From: Gemmatimonadales bacterium
GTDB taxonomy: Bacteria; Gemmatimonadota; Gemmatimonadetes; Gemmatimonadales; GWC2-71-9
Assembly: GCA_036558125.1 (NCBI GenBank)
Contig: DATBGE010000108.1
Location: 30,813-94,812, forward strand
DNA: 64,000 nt
Reading direction: 5' to 3'
Position 1 is the first letter of the stretch. Each line of letters begins with the position of its first letter. A program made the translations under genes and the position numbers. Positions 48,127 to 56,662 of the stretch are shown piece by piece. The notes below the pieces were generated by a model. That model had not been told where the DNA came from. It ran no database searches and was given only the letters and a program-made list of their open reading frames with translations.

Positions 48127-48978
48127 TTACGCATTGGAGTCTATCCCGAGCTCGACTCCCAATACCTTGCGAGCGGCATATGCAACCAGGAGCAGCAGTC
48201 CGAACACGCAGACCACGACGGGCCCGGTAGGGAGGTCATACTGGAACGAGAGCCAAAGCCCGCCGGCCGAGCAGAGGACCCCGGCAACCCAGGACAGAGC
48301 TGACAGGGGACCGGTACGACGGGTGAACTGGAATGCGATGGCAGCCGGGACCACCAGGAATGAAAAAACCAGCAGGACCCCGACGATTGGGACCGAGAAA
48401 GTGATCACCAGCCCGAAGGAGAGGTAGAACAGGAAGTCCCAGAACTTGAGGTTCCAACCATTGGCGAGCGCTATTTCGGGTTCGAAGGATATGGTGAGGA
48501 ACCTGCGCCGCAGGATCCAGTGAAACAGCCCGACGAGGACGTAGACCAAAGCCAGCCGACCGATCGCGGGCCAGCCAACCCACAAGAGACTGCCCACCAG
48601 AATGTCCTTGATGGCTTCCCCGCCCCTTGGTGAGCGATCCGCCACGAGGATGCCGGCCGCCGAGGCGACGACAAACACGATTCCGATGATCGCCTCCTGG
48701 GGCACCCGCCCATGTCGGCCGGTGCGAGTCAGGGCGAACAGCGCGGCACCCAGAGTCGTGAAGCCGAGCGCGGAGGCAAAACTGCGGGTCGAATCGGGAT
48801 CTGCACCGGCGAAGATGGCGATGGTCGATCCCAACGCGGCCATCTGCGCCAGCGAGAGATCTACGAAAATGACCTCGCGGGCGATCACATGGAGACCGAG
48901 GTAGGAATGGATCGCCACGATCACCATGCAGGCTACCAGCGGAGCAAGCCACAGGCTGTGTACCAGCTGGTCGATCAT
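48127..48978 (-). CDS. metal ABC transporter permease (ZnuB/TroC-like)
   Basis: ATG at 48978 (MIDQLVHSLWLAPLVA...) overlaps the SBP stop (TGATG). About 8 TM helices typical of the ABC-3 family. The upstream part of the 49302 ORF is a shadow of the SBP gene. Confidence 0.85.
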   Translation of the reverse strand: MIDQLVHSLWLAPLVACMVIVAIHSYLGLHVIAREVIFVDLSLAQMAALGSTIAIFAGADPDSTRSFASALGFTTLGAALFALTRTGRHGRVPQEAIIGIVFVVASAAGILVADRSPRGGEAIKDILVGSLLWVGWPAIGRLALVYVLVGLFHWILRRRFLTISFEPEIALANGWNLKFWDFLFYLSFGLVITFSVPIVGVLLVFSFLVVPAAIAFQFTRRTGPLSALSWVAGVLCSAGGLWLSFQYDLPTGPVVVCVFGLLLLVAYAARKVLGVELGIDSNA

Positions 48979-50102
48979 CAGGCGCCTCCTCCTGTGAAGC
49001 CCGCGGCGAGACTGGAGATCCAGGTATTCATGAGATCGAAGTAGGTCTCGACACCCGGGGCCCCATGGGTGTTCTCCGGAACGATCACTGCCTTCGCGCC
49101 GGTCTTGGCTGCCACCTCTCCGATTTGGTTGCGATTGAAATAGTTGGACGCAAAGAGCACCGGAATCTTCCGCTCCTTCATCAGCGCGATCACTTCTTCC
49201 ACGTGCTTCGGCGTCGGTGGGATCCCCGGCTTCGCTTCGATGAAGGTGGCGCAGACCACCTTGAACCGGTTGCTGAAATAGGCCCATTCCTTGTGGTAGC
49301 ATGCCATTTCCCGTCCGCGGAAGACCTCACCCTGCTTGAGCCACCCTCCCAGATGATCGGAGAGCGGCTTGCCTTGGTATTTCGTGCGACCGATGAAGTC
49401 GAACAGCTTGTCGGTCTTGAGCAGGTCGAACGCGGTCGCGGGAGTGAGAATGCCGACCAGCTCCTGCCCCATGGTGGCCTCGAGAATCCGCTTCTCGAAG
49501 TCCTTTTCGCGATCCGTGAAGTAACTGGCATCTCCCGGGGAGACCCGGGTCAGACCGGTCATGATATTCCGCGCGATGATGATCGCGTTCAGTGGATCGG
49601 TGTGAATGTGGGGATTGCCGTCGGCGTGAATATCTCCCTGCGCCCGATTCAGACTGGTGGGGACCTCCAGCAGCGTGATGCCGGTATAGGCGGTGACGTA
49701 CCCGGGCCCGCCCTCGGACACCTTCCGGTTGTTGGCTCGGTCGAGCAGCGCCGGGACCCAAAGCTCCAAATCGAGTCCGGTCGTCACGAACAGATCCGCG
49801 TCGCGCAGGACCGCCACGAAGCTCGGCTTGGGCTGCACGAAGTGAGGATCCTCGTCGCCCTGGGCGATCGAAGTTATCGTGCCGCGATCGCCAGCAATCT
49901 CCCGCGCGATCGCCCCATAGGTCGTCAGGCTGGTGACGATCTTGAGCGGTGCGGTCCTTAAGGACTCCCTCGCTCCCGACTCGCGCTGTCGCGCTCCTGA
50001 GGGTCGCTCGGTCGCGACTCGGCGGCTCGGCGGCTCGGCGGCATGATGACTGGGCGGCTCGGCGAACAGCCCGGAAGCGATGGTGAGGAGAGCGAGAATC
50101 AT
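48978..50102 (-). CDS. metal ABC transporter substrate-binding protein (ZnuA/TroA cluster-9 family)
   Basis: LKIVTSLTTYGAIAREI...DPHFVQPKPS...DIHADGNPHIHTDP His-rich metal-site pattern. Confidence 0.85.
   Translation of the reverse strand: MILALLTIASGLFAEPPSHHAAEPPSRRVATERPSGARQRESGARESLRTAPLKIVTSLTTYGAIAREIAGDRGTITSIAQGDEDPHFVQPKPSFVAVLRDADLFVTTGLDLELWVPALLDRANNRKVSEGGPGYVTAYTGITLLEVPTSLNRAQGDIHADGNPHIHTDPLNAIIIARNIMTGLTRVSPGDASYFTDREKDFEKRILEATMGQELVGILTPATAFDLLKTDKLFDFIGRTKYQGKPLSDHLGGWLKQGEVFRGREMACYHKEWAYFSNRFKVVCATFIEAKPGIPPTPKHVEEVIALMKERKIPVLFASNYFNRNQIGEVAAKTGAKAVIVPENTHGAPGVETYFDLMNTWISSLAAGFTGGGA
50021..50064. repeat. octamer GGCGGCTC copies (2.5 tandem plus 1.5 more after a 12-nt gap) inside the SBP CDS
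   Basis: Read directly from sequence. Encodes AEPPSHHAAEPPSRR just after the signal peptide. Same unit as in ctaG. Confidence 0.9.
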
Positions 50103-51464
50103 TTAGTAGGTCTCGTGCTTGTGGGGGCCCATGGCGAACACCGCCTGGAGCAGAACCCGGTTGTCGGTGCCGTTGACGCTGTCGTGGTGGTGCTGGCCTT
50201 CCAGTCGGAGATACACGAACTCACTCTCCCACCAGGTGATGGCAGGTGTTATTCCCCATTCATTCGTATCGGGACCCCGCGGTGTTTCGACGTAGTCGTA
50301 CCGGGCGCCCAGGATCCAGCGCTGGCTGACCCGGAATGCCGCGTCGACAAAGGCGCCGTAGCGGGTCTGGGCCAGGCCCGCCTCTTTCGAGTGGAACTGG
50401 TAGCCTTCGGCTCTCAGGGTGAGATCCTGCCGGGTCCCGGCGTTGGGCGGACGCCAGGTCAGCCGGGCATCCAGGCCCAGCACTCGGCTGGTGAGAGCGC
50501 TGTCGGAATTGTCTCCCCCGAGTGCGGTGAAGCCGATCTGGCCGTAGGTGCTGCGGCTCAGCTGCCAGAAGTTCTGCAGCCGGCCCAGAAGGGTGGTGTG
50601 CCGGTCGGTCCCGAAGAGCGGATCGCTCTCGACCGACGTCGCCTGGGCCCAGATCTCGTGAGTGCCGTGCACCAGCGAAACGGGGAGCGTGGTGTAAAGG
50701 GAGAGTCCTACACCCGACAGGCCGTCGTCGCCGAAAAACCGGCGATAGACCAGGGGGTACTCAGACTCGGGAAGGGCGTGGAGGTGCCAGCGATTGAGAT
50801 CACCGACCTGCTGCCGATAGAGTCCTACGTCGGCTCGAATCCGCCCGGGAAGACCGGTCCAGTAGAGATAGCCTTCCTCTACGCCGACCTCTTCATTCTC
50901 GAAGGTCAGGAAGACCTTTGCGGTCGAGTAGGGGTCCAAGGTGGACTGGAGGCCTACCTCAAATTCGCGAGCCTGCGCGTCGAAATGTTCAGACCCATCC
51001 TGCCCGACCAGGCGGATGTCGCCTGTGGCGCTGATCTCCGGATTCAGGGCTGAGCCGCTGCGCTGGCGCCCGACAAATTCGGTGCGACCGGCCGCCGCAG
51101 TGTCAACCGGCGCCCCAACCGGCCGGCCGGCGGCAGAGTCAGCCGCGGCGCGCAATGCTGCCAGATCGTCGCCAGCCGTGTCCGGTGCGGCTCCCAGGCA
51201 TCGCTGGGCAACCAGCTTCTCCACTCGCTGATTCAGCCGATCGAGCGCAGTGGCCAGGCTGTCCGCAGCCGGCTCACCGGTCGGATGAGCAGGCAGTCGA
51301 ACCGCTGGCCCCGCGGGGCAAAGGCCCGCTTCCAGAGTATCCAGTCGCGCATTCAACGCGTGGACTGCACTCAGGGCGGAATCGGGTACCTGTGCGCTGG
51401 CGATCTGTCCACCGGTGAACAGGAGGACGAACAGGAGGACCGCACAGTGGGAGCGGTCTGTCAT
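50103..51464 (-). CDS. putative outer-membrane beta-barrel porin with N-terminal coiled-coil region
   Basis: Signal peptide from the ATG at 51464, heptad-like segments (LNARLDTLEAG, LDRLNQRVEKL), an NPEISATGD motif, alternating beta pattern and a terminal aromatic (...HKHETY). Confidence 0.6.
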   Translation of the reverse strand: MTDRSHCAVLLFVLLFTGGQIASAQVPDSALSAVHALNARLDTLEAGLCPAGPAVRLPAHPTGEPAADSLATALDRLNQRVEKLVAQRCLGAAPDTAGDDLAALRAAADSAAGRPVGAPVDTAAAGRTEFVGRQRSGSALNPEISATGDIRLVGQDGSEHFDAQAREFEVGLQSTLDPYSTAKVFLTFENEEVGVEEGYLYWTGLPGRIRADVGLYRQQVGDLNRWHLHALPESEYPLVYRRFFGDDGLSGVGLSLYTTLPVSLVHGTHEIWAQATSVESDPLFGTDRHTTLLGRLQNFWQLSRSTYGQIGFTALGGDNSDSALTSRVLGLDARLTWRPPNAGTRQDLTLRAEGYQFHSKEAGLAQTRYGAFVDAAFRVSQRWILGARYDYVETPRGPDTNEWGITPAITWWESEFVYLRLEGQHHHDSVNGTDNRVLLQAVFAMGPHKHETY

Positions 51465-51538
51465 AGAACTCCAGAGCAAAGCCCGGCTGAGGAAGGCCGT
51501 GACCGGACTGGTTAATCAGTTGTCGAGAGCTGAGCTGA

Positions 51539-51880
51539 TCAGGCGAGATACGACGGCGGTGCTCGAGGAAGGACTGAAGTGTGAACTGGCGCGGAGAGCA
51601 GGTGAGGATTGTTGCGTGCGATGATCGCGACTCCGACGGGCATCTCGGCGTGGGTCTGCGGAGAGCTCGCTACGAGCACACGACCGCCTCGAAGTTGATC
51701 GGCCTGCGGACATTGGACTGCATGGCCGCCGCTGCTCGTCGCTTCGAGCCGGACCTCGAGCGCCGTGGCCGCACCCCGTCCGTGGAACATCACGGCGTCG
51801 GCCCCCGGGAGGATGACTCCTCCGAAGAGGCCCACCAGTAAGAGCGCGAGCGCCGGCAGGCGACGACGGAAGGAATGCAT
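51539..51880 (-). CDS. small membrane-anchored His/Cys-motif protein, paralog 3 (leader gene of the porin-ZnuAB module)
   Basis: TM helix + LPGADAVMFHG, GGHAVQC, C-terminal PRAPPSYLA. Confidence 0.55.
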   Translation of the reverse strand: MHSFRRRLPALALLLVGLFGGVILPGADAVMFHGRGAATALEVRLEATSSGGHAVQCPQADQLRGGRVLVASSPQTHAEMPVGVAIIARNNPHLLSAPVHTSVLPRAPPSYLA

Positions 51881-51921
51881 CGGGATCGAACCTAGAAGGG
51901 TGGCGGGATCGCGTCTAGTCG

Positions 51922-51958
51922 AAAAAACGGAAAGGGCGGCTTGACCGACGCCGTTTTT
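51922..51958. terminator. terminator-shaped hairpin with flanking A6/T5 tracts
   Basis: AAAAACGG ... CCGTTTTT outer stem with an inner GGCG/CGCC pairing. It lies in a divergent intergenic region, so its role is unclear. Confidence 0.3.
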
Positions 51959-51970
51959 CTCGTATCTTCA

Positions 51971-51982
51971 ATGTATATACAT
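51971..51982. promoter_or_regulatory. perfect palindrome ATGTATATACAT, candidate mazEF operator / -10 region
   Basis: 12-bp perfect palindrome 14 bp upstream of the mazE ATG. Confidence 0.35.
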
Positions 51983-51995
51983 CAGAGTTAATCAG

Positions 51996-52235
51996 ATGCG
52001 AGTTCGTATCTCGAAATGGGGTAATAGCTTGGGAATCAGGATCCCGAAGGCGTTCACCCTGGAAACGGGTTTGGCCGACGGGTCAGAGGTTGATATCAGT
52101 GTCTCTGGCGGTCGCATCGTCCTGACTCCGCTGGGCCGGGAGTATGGGCTCGAGGAACTGGCCGATCAGATCACGCCAGAAAATCGGCACGGTGAAACCG
52201 ACTGGGGAAAGCCGGTCGGGCGTGAGGTCGTGTGA
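51996..52235 (+). CDS. mazE: AbrB/MazE/SpoVT family antitoxin
   Basis: The MRVRISKWGNSLGIRIPKAF swapped-hairpin N-terminus is diagnostic. Confidence 0.8.
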   Translation: MRVRISKWGNSLGIRIPKAFTLETGLADGSEVDISVSGGRIVLTPLGREYGLEELADQITPENRHGETDWGKPVGREVV

Positions 52236-52549
52236 CGCCAGATCGGGGCGACGTGGTCTGGGTGACGGTCGAACCCGAAAACCACGGGCAGAAGGCGCGA
52301 CGTGCTGCGCTCGTTGTCTCACCCGCGCACTATAACGGCCGGGCTCGGCTGGCTCTCATGTGTGCGATCGCCCCATCGGCAAAGGGCTATCCCTTCGAGG
52401 TGCCCTTGCCTGAGAATCTCCCGGTGAGCGGCGTGGTCCTGGCCGATCATCTGCGTAGCGCCGATTGGGAGGCGCGACAGGCGGAGCTGGCATGCAGGGT
52501 CCCGGCGGGGGTAGTGGCGGAGGTGCTGGCGAAATTGAAGCCGTTGTAA
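52232..52549 (+). CDS. mazF: MazF/PemK family type II toxin (endoribonuclease)
   Basis: PDRGDVVWV...ALVVSP...CAIAPSAKGYPFEV pattern. GTGA overlap with mazE. Confidence 0.8.
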   Translation: MTPDRGDVVWVTVEPENHGQKARRAALVVSPAHYNGRARLALMCAIAPSAKGYPFEVPLPENLPVSGVVLADHLRSADWEARQAELACRVPAGVVAEVLAKLKPL

Positions 52550-52552
52550 AAA

Positions 52553-52622
52553 TGGCGGGATGGCGGGATGGCGGGATGGCGGAATGGCGGAATGGCGGAA
52601 TGACGAGAGACGAGAGACGAGG
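52553..52622 (+). repeat. compound tandem array: 3 x TGGCGGGA, 3 x TGGCGGAA, 3 x GACGAG[AG]
   Basis: Read directly from sequence. Starts 4 nt after the mazF TAA stop. Confidence 0.95.
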
Positions 52623-52651
52623 AGATTGCTGATGTTCAGGAGTGAGGCCCG

Positions 52652-53197
52652 ATGAGCATTCCGATAGTGACGCTGAATCCTTCGCTACCCAAGTGCCCGC
52701 TCTCGTTCGAGGTGAACGGAGAGACGGTGCACTGTCTCATTCCTCCTCAGAAGACCCTCCTCGAAGTCCTCCGGGAGGACCTGCAGCTCACCGGTACCAA
52801 ACACGGCTGCGAGCTCGGCGAATGCGGGACCTGCAGCGTCCTGGTCGACGGGGTTCCCATCCTTTCCTGTCTCGAGCTGGGACTCGCCTGCGAGAATCGG
52901 TCGGTCACGACGGTGGAAGGTCTCGCGGCGGGCGCCGTGCTTCATCCGTTACAACAGGCGTTCGCCGAACTGGGTGCGGCTCAGTGTGGTTACTGCACTC
53001 CGGGGATCCTGCTCACGGCCAGGGCGCTTCTCGAGGAGAACCCGTCTCCGGCGCGACCAGAAATCGTCGCCGCGCTGGGCGGCAATCTCTGCCGGTGTAC
53101 CGGATACGTGAAGATCTACGAGGCCGTGGAGCTGGCGGCCGCGCGCATGCGGGGCGAAGCGGCTGAACCGGCGCGGGAGAGTCTGTATGGCCGCTAA
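52652..53197 (+). CDS. (2Fe-2S)-binding small subunit of a xanthine dehydrogenase/CO dehydrogenase family molybdoenzyme
   Basis: Plant-type CELGECGTCSV and a second CGYCTPG...CRCTGY cluster motif. Confidence 0.9.
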   Translation: MSIPIVTLNPSLPKCPLSFEVNGETVHCLIPPQKTLLEVLREDLQLTGTKHGCELGECGTCSVLVDGVPILSCLELGLACENRSVTTVEGLAAGAVLHPLQQAFAELGAAQCGYCTPGILLTARALLEENPSPARPEIVAALGGNLCRCTGYVKIYEAVELAAARMRGEAAEPARESLYGR

Positions 53198-55634
53198 CCG
53201 GAACGGCGGGCAGGACGAGAGAGACTTCCAGGTCGTAGGGACACCGCGGCCCCGAATCGATGGTGTGGCCAAGGTGACGGGGCAGACCCGTTTTGCCGAT
53301 GATCTGATCCTGCCGCGGATGCTCTGGTGCAAGCTGTTGCGGAGCCCTCATCCGCACGCCCGAATCGTGAAGGTCGACACGTCCCGCGCTGTAGCGTTGC
53401 CCGGCGTCCACGCCGTGGTGACGGGCGCCGACTTCCCCATTCCCTTCGGCGTGCTTCCGGTCAGCCAGGACGAGCATGCGCTCTGTCCTGATATCGCGCG
53501 CTTCATCGGCGACCCAGTTGCCGCGGTGGCGGCGCGGGACGAAGACCTCGCGGCGGAAGCCTGCCGGCTGATTGACGTCACCTACGAGTCCCTCACCCCG
53601 ATCGGGTCAGTTGAAGACGCCGCCGCAACTCCGGCTCCGCAGCTTCACGAGTACGCCGACAGCGGCAACCTCCACAAACAGGTCCACCTCGAGTTCGGCG
53701 ACCTGGAAGGTGGCTTCGCGAGCGCCGACCTGATCCGTGAGGATTTCTTCTTCTACGAAGGCAACACCCACCTTCCGATGGAGCAGCACGCCGCCGTCGC
53801 GGACTACTCGGCGGCCGGGAAAGTGACCGTCTGGAGCTCGACGCAGTGTCCGCACTATGTGCACCGGGCCCTGGCAAAAGTGCTGGAGTTGCCGCCCAGC
53901 AGGATTCGGGTGATTGCGACTCCGAATGGCGGAGGCTTCGGCGGGAAGAGCGATCCGTTCAATCACGAGATCGTGGTCGCCAGGCTGGCCATGATGACCG
54001 GCCGCCCAGTCAAGATCTGCCTCACCCGGGAAGAAGTCTTCTACTGCCATCGGGGGCGGCACCCGGTCCTCATGAAGATCCGGACCGGGGTAACGAAGGA
54101 AGGCGCCATTACCGCGATGGATTTCGAATCCTATCTGGATGGCGGTGCCTACGGGTCTTACGGCGTCGCCAGTACCTACTACACCGGGGCTCTGCAGACC
54201 GTCACCTACGATATCCCCGCCTACCGGTTCAAGGGTGCCCGGGCATTTACCAACAAGCCGCCCTGCGGGCCCAAGCGGGGTCACGGGACGCCGCAACCGC
54301 GCTTCGCGCTCGAGGTTCAGCTCGACAAGATCGCGGAAGCGCTGCAGCTCGACCCCGCGGAGCTGCGGCTCAAGCACCTGGTGAAGCCGAACACGATCAC
54401 TGCGAACTGGCTCCGCGTCGGCTCTATCGGACTAGGCGAGTGCATCGAGAAAGTCGTCGCCGGCTCACGGTGGAAAGAGCGGTACGGCAAGCTGCCGTAT
54501 GGCCGCGGCATCGGGCTCGCTTGCTCCTCCTATATCACCGGCGCGGGTGTCGCGATCTACTGGAACGAGATGCCCCACTCCGGGGTGCAGATCAAATGCG
54601 ATCGGGGGGGCGGAGTAACGGTCTTCTGCGGGTCCACCGAAATCGGCCAAGGCTCGGACACGGTGCTGGCTTTGATCGTCGCGGAGATCCTGGGCATTGA
54701 GCCGGCGGACATCGCGGTCGTCACCGCCGATACCGATCTCACGCCGGTTGATCTGGGCAGCTATTCGTCGAGGGTCACGCTGATGACGGGCCAGGCGGCG
54801 ATTCAAGCGGCCGAGCGGGCGCGGGTCCAGATCGCGGAGGCGGTCGCCGCGAAGCTGAGCGCGACTCCCGAGCGCATCGTATTCGCCAAGGGCAGGGTGT
54901 TCGACGTACAGAATCCCGAACCGGGCCTCAGTTTCGCCGAGGCGGTGGTGGTGGCGGAGTCCCGCTTCGGGACGATCGGTTCAGTCGGGAGCTACGCGCC
55001 TCCCAAGCCGGCCGGGAAATACCGTGGTGCCGGTGTCGGGCCGTCGGCGGCGTACAGCTATTCGGCGGCCGTCGCTGAAGTCGAAGTGGATCCCGAAACC
55101 GGCATCGTGCGGGTTCCCACGATCTGGATCGCCCACGATATCGGTCGCAGTATCAATCCGGCGCTGGTCATGGGCCAGGTGGAGGGCAGCGTCTACATGG
55201 GTCTGGGCGAGGCGCTGATGGAGGAGATGGTGTACCGCGAGAACCGTAACGTGGTACACAAATTCCCCTCGATGCTGGAATACAAGAGCCCCACCACCTG
55301 GGAAATGCCCGAGGTGATCACCTATCTGGTCGAGGGGCCGGATTCGAACGGCCCGTTCGGAGCAAAGGAAGCAGGACAGGGCCCGTTGCTGCCGATCATG
55401 CCCGCGGTGGCCAACGCGATCTACGATGCCGTCGGCGTCCGGGTCGATGAAGTGCCGATGAGCCCGCCCAAGGTGTACAAAGCGCTGCAGGCCAAGGCCA
55501 AGGGAGCCGACCCGCGTTTCGGACCCAGCGCGACTCCCCAGATCACATGGCCGGAGCCAGTCTGCGTGCGCACCCCGGCCGAAGGTGGCGATGGCAAGGC
55601 TACGCCGCGTCCCAGGGCGGTCCCCACGGCCTGA
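53187..55634 (+). CDS. molybdopterin-binding large subunit (xanthine dehydrogenase family)
   Basis: 815 aa with the GGGFGGK and GSTEIGQG motifs typical of the MoCo subunit. Confidence 0.9.
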   Translation: MAANRNGGQDERDFQVVGTPRPRIDGVAKVTGQTRFADDLILPRMLWCKLLRSPHPHARIVKVDTSRAVALPGVHAVVTGADFPIPFGVLPVSQDEHALCPDIARFIGDPVAAVAARDEDLAAEACRLIDVTYESLTPIGSVEDAAATPAPQLHEYADSGNLHKQVHLEFGDLEGGFASADLIREDFFFYEGNTHLPMEQHAAVADYSAAGKVTVWSSTQCPHYVHRALAKVLELPPSRIRVIATPNGGGFGGKSDPFNHEIVVARLAMMTGRPVKICLTREEVFYCHRGRHPVLMKIRTGVTKEGAITAMDFESYLDGGAYGSYGVASTYYTGALQTVTYDIPAYRFKGARAFTNKPPCGPKRGHGTPQPRFALEVQLDKIAEALQLDPAELRLKHLVKPNTITANWLRVGSIGLGECIEKVVAGSRWKERYGKLPYGRGIGLACSSYITGAGVAIYWNEMPHSGVQIKCDRGGGVTVFCGSTEIGQGSDTVLALIVAEILGIEPADIAVVTADTDLTPVDLGSYSSRVTLMTGQAAIQAAERARVQIAEAVAAKLSATPERIVFAKGRVFDVQNPEPGLSFAEAVVVAESRFGTIGSVGSYAPPKPAGKYRGAGVGPSAAYSYSAAVAEVEVDPETGIVRVPTIWIAHDIGRSINPALVMGQVEGSVYMGLGEALMEEMVYRENRNVVHKFPSMLEYKSPTTWEMPEVITYLVEGPDSNGPFGAKEAGQGPLLPIMPAVANAIYDAVGVRVDEVPMSPPKVYKALQAKAKGADPRFGPSATPQITWPEPVCVRTPAEGGDGKATPRPRAVPTA

Positions 55635-55636
55635 CG

Positions 55637-56662
55637 ATGCTGCGCCTCCCGGCCTTCGCGCCCAGCTTCCCGACTTCGGTGGACGACGCGGTACGCATCA
55701 AGACCGCTCACGGCCTGGATGCGTCTTATGTCGCCGGAGGTACGGACCTCTATCCCAATATGAAGCGGCTGCAACAGACACCGCGTCATGTCATCGACAT
55801 TCGTCGCGTGCCGGAGCTGAGTCTGCTGGATCGGGGGACTGAAGGGCAGTTGAGAATTGGATCGGCGGTGACGCTGACTCGGCTGATTCACCATCCGTTG
55901 GTACGGCAGGAGTGGTCAGTCCTGTCTCGTGCGGCAGCCACGATCTCGACACCCATCCTGCAGAACATGGGAACCGTCGGCGGCAATCTGCTGCTCGACA
56001 CCCGCTGCAATTACTACGACCAGACCTATGAGTGGCGGCGGGCGATCGACTTCTGCATGAAGAAGGACGGGAAGATCTGCTGGGTGGCTCCTTCGAGTCC
56101 GCGTTGCTGGGCGGTGCAGTCGAGCGATCTCGCGCCGGTGATGGTGGCACTCGGCGCCAGTGTAGTGCTGATGGGACCCAAGGGAAGCCGTACCATCCCG
56201 GCTGCTTCGCTCTACCGGAACGACGGCATCGAATATCTCACCAAGCAGCCCGACGAGCTGTTAGTTCGAATTGAGGTGCCCGCGCTCCGGACCTCTCGCG
56301 CGGATTACCAAAAGCTGCGGCGCCGCGGGGCCTTCGATTTTCCGGTGCTGGGAGTGGCCGCGTGGGCAGATCTCGACCCGCAGGGCGTGGTTCGTGCGGC
56401 GCGGGTCGTGGTTGGTGCGGTAGGGTCCTGGCCCATGGAGAGCGAGGACGCGGCGAAGGTGCTTGTCGGGCAGCCGCTCGCCGACGAATCCATCACTGCG
56501 GCCGCAACTGCGGCGGCCCGGAGAGCCAAGCCGCTCGACAATACCGACTTCACAATCGGCTGGCGCAAGGACATGGTGCCGGTCTACGTGCGAAGGGCGC
56601 TGGTCAGTCTCCTGCGACCCTCGTCCCCGTCCGGTGCAGCGGGCCTTCCACCGGCAGGATGA
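55637..56662 (+). CDS. FAD-binding medium subunit with a four-Cys insertion (4-hydroxybenzoyl-CoA reductase beta-like)
   Basis: AGGTDLYPNMK FAD motif and GTVGGNL, followed by the inserted C-x15-C-x7-C-x8-C loop. ATG at 55637. Confidence 0.85.
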   Translation: MLRLPAFAPSFPTSVDDAVRIKTAHGLDASYVAGGTDLYPNMKRLQQTPRHVIDIRRVPELSLLDRGTEGQLRIGSAVTLTRLIHHPLVRQEWSVLSRAAATISTPILQNMGTVGGNLLLDTRCNYYDQTYEWRRAIDFCMKKDGKICWVAPSSPRCWAVQSSDLAPVMVALGASVVLMGPKGSRTIPAASLYRNDGIEYLTKQPDELLVRIEVPALRTSRADYQKLRRRGAFDFPVLGVAAWADLDPQGVVRAARVVVGAVGSWPMESEDAAKVLVGQPLADESITAAATAAARRAKPLDNTDFTIGWRKDMVPVYVRRALVSLLRPSSPSGAAGLPPAG

